From positions 2,566-66,565 of the IMG/VR virus record IMGVR_UViG_3300021399_000014: a DNA stretch of 64,000 nucleotides; one strand, 5' to 3'. Each line of letters starts with the position of its first letter. The first letter of the stretch is position 1. A model generated the notes under the pieces. It made no database searches. It was not told the origin of the DNA and was given only the letters and a program-made list of their open reading frames with translations. The position numbers and the translations under genes were made by a program. Positions 61,731-64,000 of this stretch are shown here, in pieces. This DNA is from a virus. Taxonomy: Duplodnaviria; Caudoviricetes.

Positions 61731-62009
61731 ATGGACTGGATTTTCTGCCATTTAATCGGTGACTATGTTTTGCAAATAGATTACATCGCAAAAACAAAAG
61801 GCGAGAACTGGTATCATCTGCTCGTCCACTGTTTGCTTTACATACTGCCGTTTCGCATTGTATACGGTGCGGATTGGAGACTTGTTATATTGCTTGTCTC
61901 TCACATCGTCATCGATGCGCTCAAGGCAAGATATAAAAAGCTAACATACATACAAGACCAAGCGTTACATTATGTGACCGTGTTTTGGCTTTATGTGTTC
62001 GTTAAATAA
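61731..62009 (+). CDS. DUF3307-like membrane protein
   Basis: HLIGDYVLQ...LLVHCLLY...HIVID...DQALH. Confidence 0.7.
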   Translation: MDWIFCHLIGDYVLQIDYIAKTKGENWYHLLVHCLLYILPFRIVYGADWRLVILLVSHIVIDALKARYKKLTYIQDQALHYVTVFWLYVFVK

Positions 62010-62027
62010 AGAACATTTCAATCAACT

Positions 62028-62056
62028 AGAGGACTCTATCACAGGGTCCTCTTTTT
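62028..62056 (+). terminator. Intrinsic terminator
   Basis: AGAGGAC...GTCCTCT + T-run. Confidence 0.6.
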
Positions 62057-62171
62057 AATGCAGAAAGAAGGTGATTCCATTGGGCTAGTTTCACCTACTG
62101 CTGGATTATATTTATTAAAACTTAATAAGGAATAACAACTATGAATATTTACATTAAGAGGAGGATAGATT

Positions 62172-62972
62172 ATGTCTCTTATGGATTCTAACAACAACGG
62201 AATGGTAATGCCTGTTTCTCCTATGTATGGTGGTGGACAGGGCGGATTTGGTTACGGCTCGTATGGCGATGGCCTTTTCTGGATTATTATTCTGTTCCTC
62301 TTCGCTGCGATGAACGGCAACGGCTGGGGTAACAACGCTGGAAACGGCTATAACGGCATCCTTCCATTCATGATGAATCAGAATACCAATAACGATGTCC
62401 AGCGCGTGGTCGATCAGCAGTCTGTTATGAATGGTATCTCTGCTCTGTCTGCGGCTCAGGCTAATGGCTTTGCGAATGCCGAGATTTCTAGATGCAACAT
62501 GCTTTCCGGTCTTACAGGCCAGCTCAATAGCATCGCCATGACTCAGCAGAATTGCTGCTGTGAGAACAGACAGGCAGTTGCAGATCTTAAGTACACCATG
62601 GCCCAGGAAGCGGCAGCGACAAGAGCTAATACCGACGCCAAGGTTCAGGGCGTAATGGATAAACTCTGCCAGCTTGAGATGGATGGTATGAGACAGAACT
62701 ATGAGAATCGCATCGCAACTCTTACAGCCAATTACGACAATCGTATCTCCGGCATGCAGAACACGATCGATTCCCTTCGCACCATGAATTCCGACGCGAG
62801 ATTCGATGCTTCTCAGAATGCTCAGACAGCAGCGATCCAGGCCGGTCAGAGAACCCTCGCCAATGAGATCGAGCAGTACGTTCTTCCGACAGCAAAGCCT
62901 GCATACATCGTTCAGAACCCTAACTGCTGCGCTCCTCAGACATTCGGCTGTGGCTGCGGCGCTGTAGCATAA
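62172..62972 (+). CDS. Gly-rich TM + coiled-coil Cys-rich protein (QNCCCE), module gene C
   Basis: GG..GDGLFWIIILFLFA; N/Q-rich heptads; QNCCCEN; C-terminal NCC...GCGCG. Confidence 0.75.
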   Translation: MSLMDSNNNGMVMPVSPMYGGGQGGFGYGSYGDGLFWIIILFLFAAMNGNGWGNNAGNGYNGILPFMMNQNTNNDVQRVVDQQSVMNGISALSAAQANGFANAEISRCNMLSGLTGQLNSIAMTQQNCCCENRQAVADLKYTMAQEAAATRANTDAKVQGVMDKLCQLEMDGMRQNYENRIATLTANYDNRISGMQNTIDSLRTMNSDARFDASQNAQTAAIQAGQRTLANEIEQYVLPTAKPAYIVQNPNCCAPQTFGCGCGAVA

Positions 62973-62981
62973 GGAGGCCCA

Positions 62982-63374
62982 ATGGAAGATATCTATCAGT
63001 TAATCTCGCAGTTTCATTTTCGTAACGAACTGTGGGTGTTGTTCATTCCGCTCGGGCTTATGGCCATCGACGTTTTGACCGGCATCGTTAAAGCATGGGC
63101 TCATAACGATTTCCAGTCTGCGATCATGAGATCTGGTCTTGCTAAAAAAGCTGGTGAGATCATGATTCTTGTGGTTGGAGAGCTGATGTCTTATGGCCTT
63201 ATGCTCCCCAACATCATCATGAACTGTGTGAGTTTCTACATTATATTTATGGAAGTCATGTCTATTCTGGAAAATGCAGACGAACTTGGTATCCCCGTTC
63301 CTAAGTTTGTTAAGGACGTTATCAACAACGTGGACGATACACTCCAGCATGGCGACAAGAAAGATGAGGAATAA
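62982..63374 (+). CDS. Holin (Cph1/TcdE-like, phage holin 4 type)
   Basis: DVLTGIVKAW...SAIMRSGLAKK...EVMSILENADELGIPVPKF. Confidence 0.8.
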   Translation: MEDIYQLISQFHFRNELWVLFIPLGLMAIDVLTGIVKAWAHNDFQSAIMRSGLAKKAGEIMILVVGELMSYGLMLPNIIMNCVSFYIIFMEVMSILENADELGIPVPKFVKDVINNVDDTLQHGDKKDEE

Positions 63375-63377
63375 AAT

Positions 63378-63815
63378 ATGGCAGCAGAATATGGAAACGT
63401 TCAGGACCAGACTGTTGAAGATAACCAGAACGTGCTCTTCGATAATATTATTTCTTGCGCCAGAGGCTTAATTCTTCACGGTAATGGTTCTGGTATATTT
63501 ACCATTAAGCCTCAGGTCACAAACCCGTGCGCGAGATACGTGAGGCTTCTTGTACTGTTTCACGGCAACGTAAGTATACCTGAAGGCGGCACACCAGGAC
63601 CCATTTCGTTTGCAATTTCCATCAACGGAGAGGCCGACCAGACAGTTGTAGCTACGACAACTCCTACTGTGGCGGAAGCCCTGTTTAATATCGGACTTGC
63701 AAAGCTTATAACGATTCCGGTTGGTTGCTGCACGCAGATCGCGGTGAAGAATATTTCTGGGGTGGCGGTCGATGTCAACAAACCTCACTTGATTATCATG
63801 CCGCCTACCAACTAA
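63378..63815 (+). CDS. Beta-rich BclA-CTD / C1q-like protein, module gene D
   Basis: Jelly-roll-like alternating strands, FAISINGE, VGCC..IAVKN. Confidence 0.55.
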   Translation: MAAEYGNVQDQTVEDNQNVLFDNIISCARGLILHGNGSGIFTIKPQVTNPCARYVRLLVLFHGNVSIPEGGTPGPISFAISINGEADQTVVATTTPTVAEALFNIGLAKLITIPVGCCTQIAVKNISGVAVDVNKPHLIIMPPTN

Positions 63816-63830
63816 GGGAGGGATTATATT

Positions 63831-64000
63831 ATGTCGATGACACAGGAACAGATGAGAACAATCAAAGAATTCGGCGAGATGCTGTGCAAACAGATTGATA
63901 AGATCAACAAGAAAGGCGACATCACTCCTGACGAGCTCCAGAGAATGGATAAAGCCGTTGATATTATCAAGGACATCTCGGTGATCTGCGCTATGGAGGA
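63831..64000 (+). CDS. Helical protein, module gene E (3'-truncated by the window)
   Basis: GGGAGG RBS; MSMTQEQMRTIKEFGEMLCKQIDKINKKGDITPDELQRMDKAVDIIKDI, open to the window end. Confidence 0.6.
   Translation, partial: MSMTQEQMRTIKEFGEMLCKQIDKINKKGDITPDELQRMDKAVDIIKDISVICAME

Noticed and set aside
1-64000. Lysogeny module or host chromosomal flanks
   Set aside because: No integrase, att site or housekeeping gene was recognised. The HTH at 336 alone does not show temperate lifestyle; the rest of the genome is outside the window.

Overview
This window is about 64 kb of a tailed dsDNA phage (siphovirus-type) genome with every credible gene on the + strand. The host is probably a Bacillota/Clostridia (gut or rumen type) bacterium, inferred from strong AGGAGG/GAAAGGAG ribosome-binding sites, a GH25 endolysin with a PG-binding domain, and CW_7 repeats. 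From memory, the gene order resembles Lactococcus phage 1706 / ReqiPepy6-like phages; I ran no search. Layout: (1) 0.3-20 kb, about 50 small early/accessory genes, many in promoter-gene-terminator cassettes behind a non-sigma70 motif TTACA-N5-TATAATAG (19 copies found by eye). (2) An iteron-rich putative origin at about 20.0-20.35 kb. (3) A replication/transcription block: SF3 helicase-AEP primase-PolB fusion, SSB, SNF2 helicase, VRR-NUC, a Cas4-like nuclease and a single-chain two-barrel (YonO/RdRP-like, GADFDGD) RNA polymerase. (4) A non-coding AT-rich stretch that may contain the genome end. (5) Packaging, head and tail genes. (6) Fibres, lysis genes and a Cys-rich uncharacterised module interrupted by fibre/esterase cassettes. 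No integrase, tRNA, CRISPR array or reverse transcriptase was seen. Best leads: a shared N-terminal L-x-H-x-G leader on the RNA polymerase and on two enzyme/cargo genes in the packaging operon (a possible capsid-targeting delivery system paired with the phage promoter motif); two different 8-mers that each mark one half of the genome; a structured late-leader RNA carrying perfect complements of the phage's two early RBS classes; and the CCCE / BclA-like / holin module. All domain names are recalled from family motifs, not database results.
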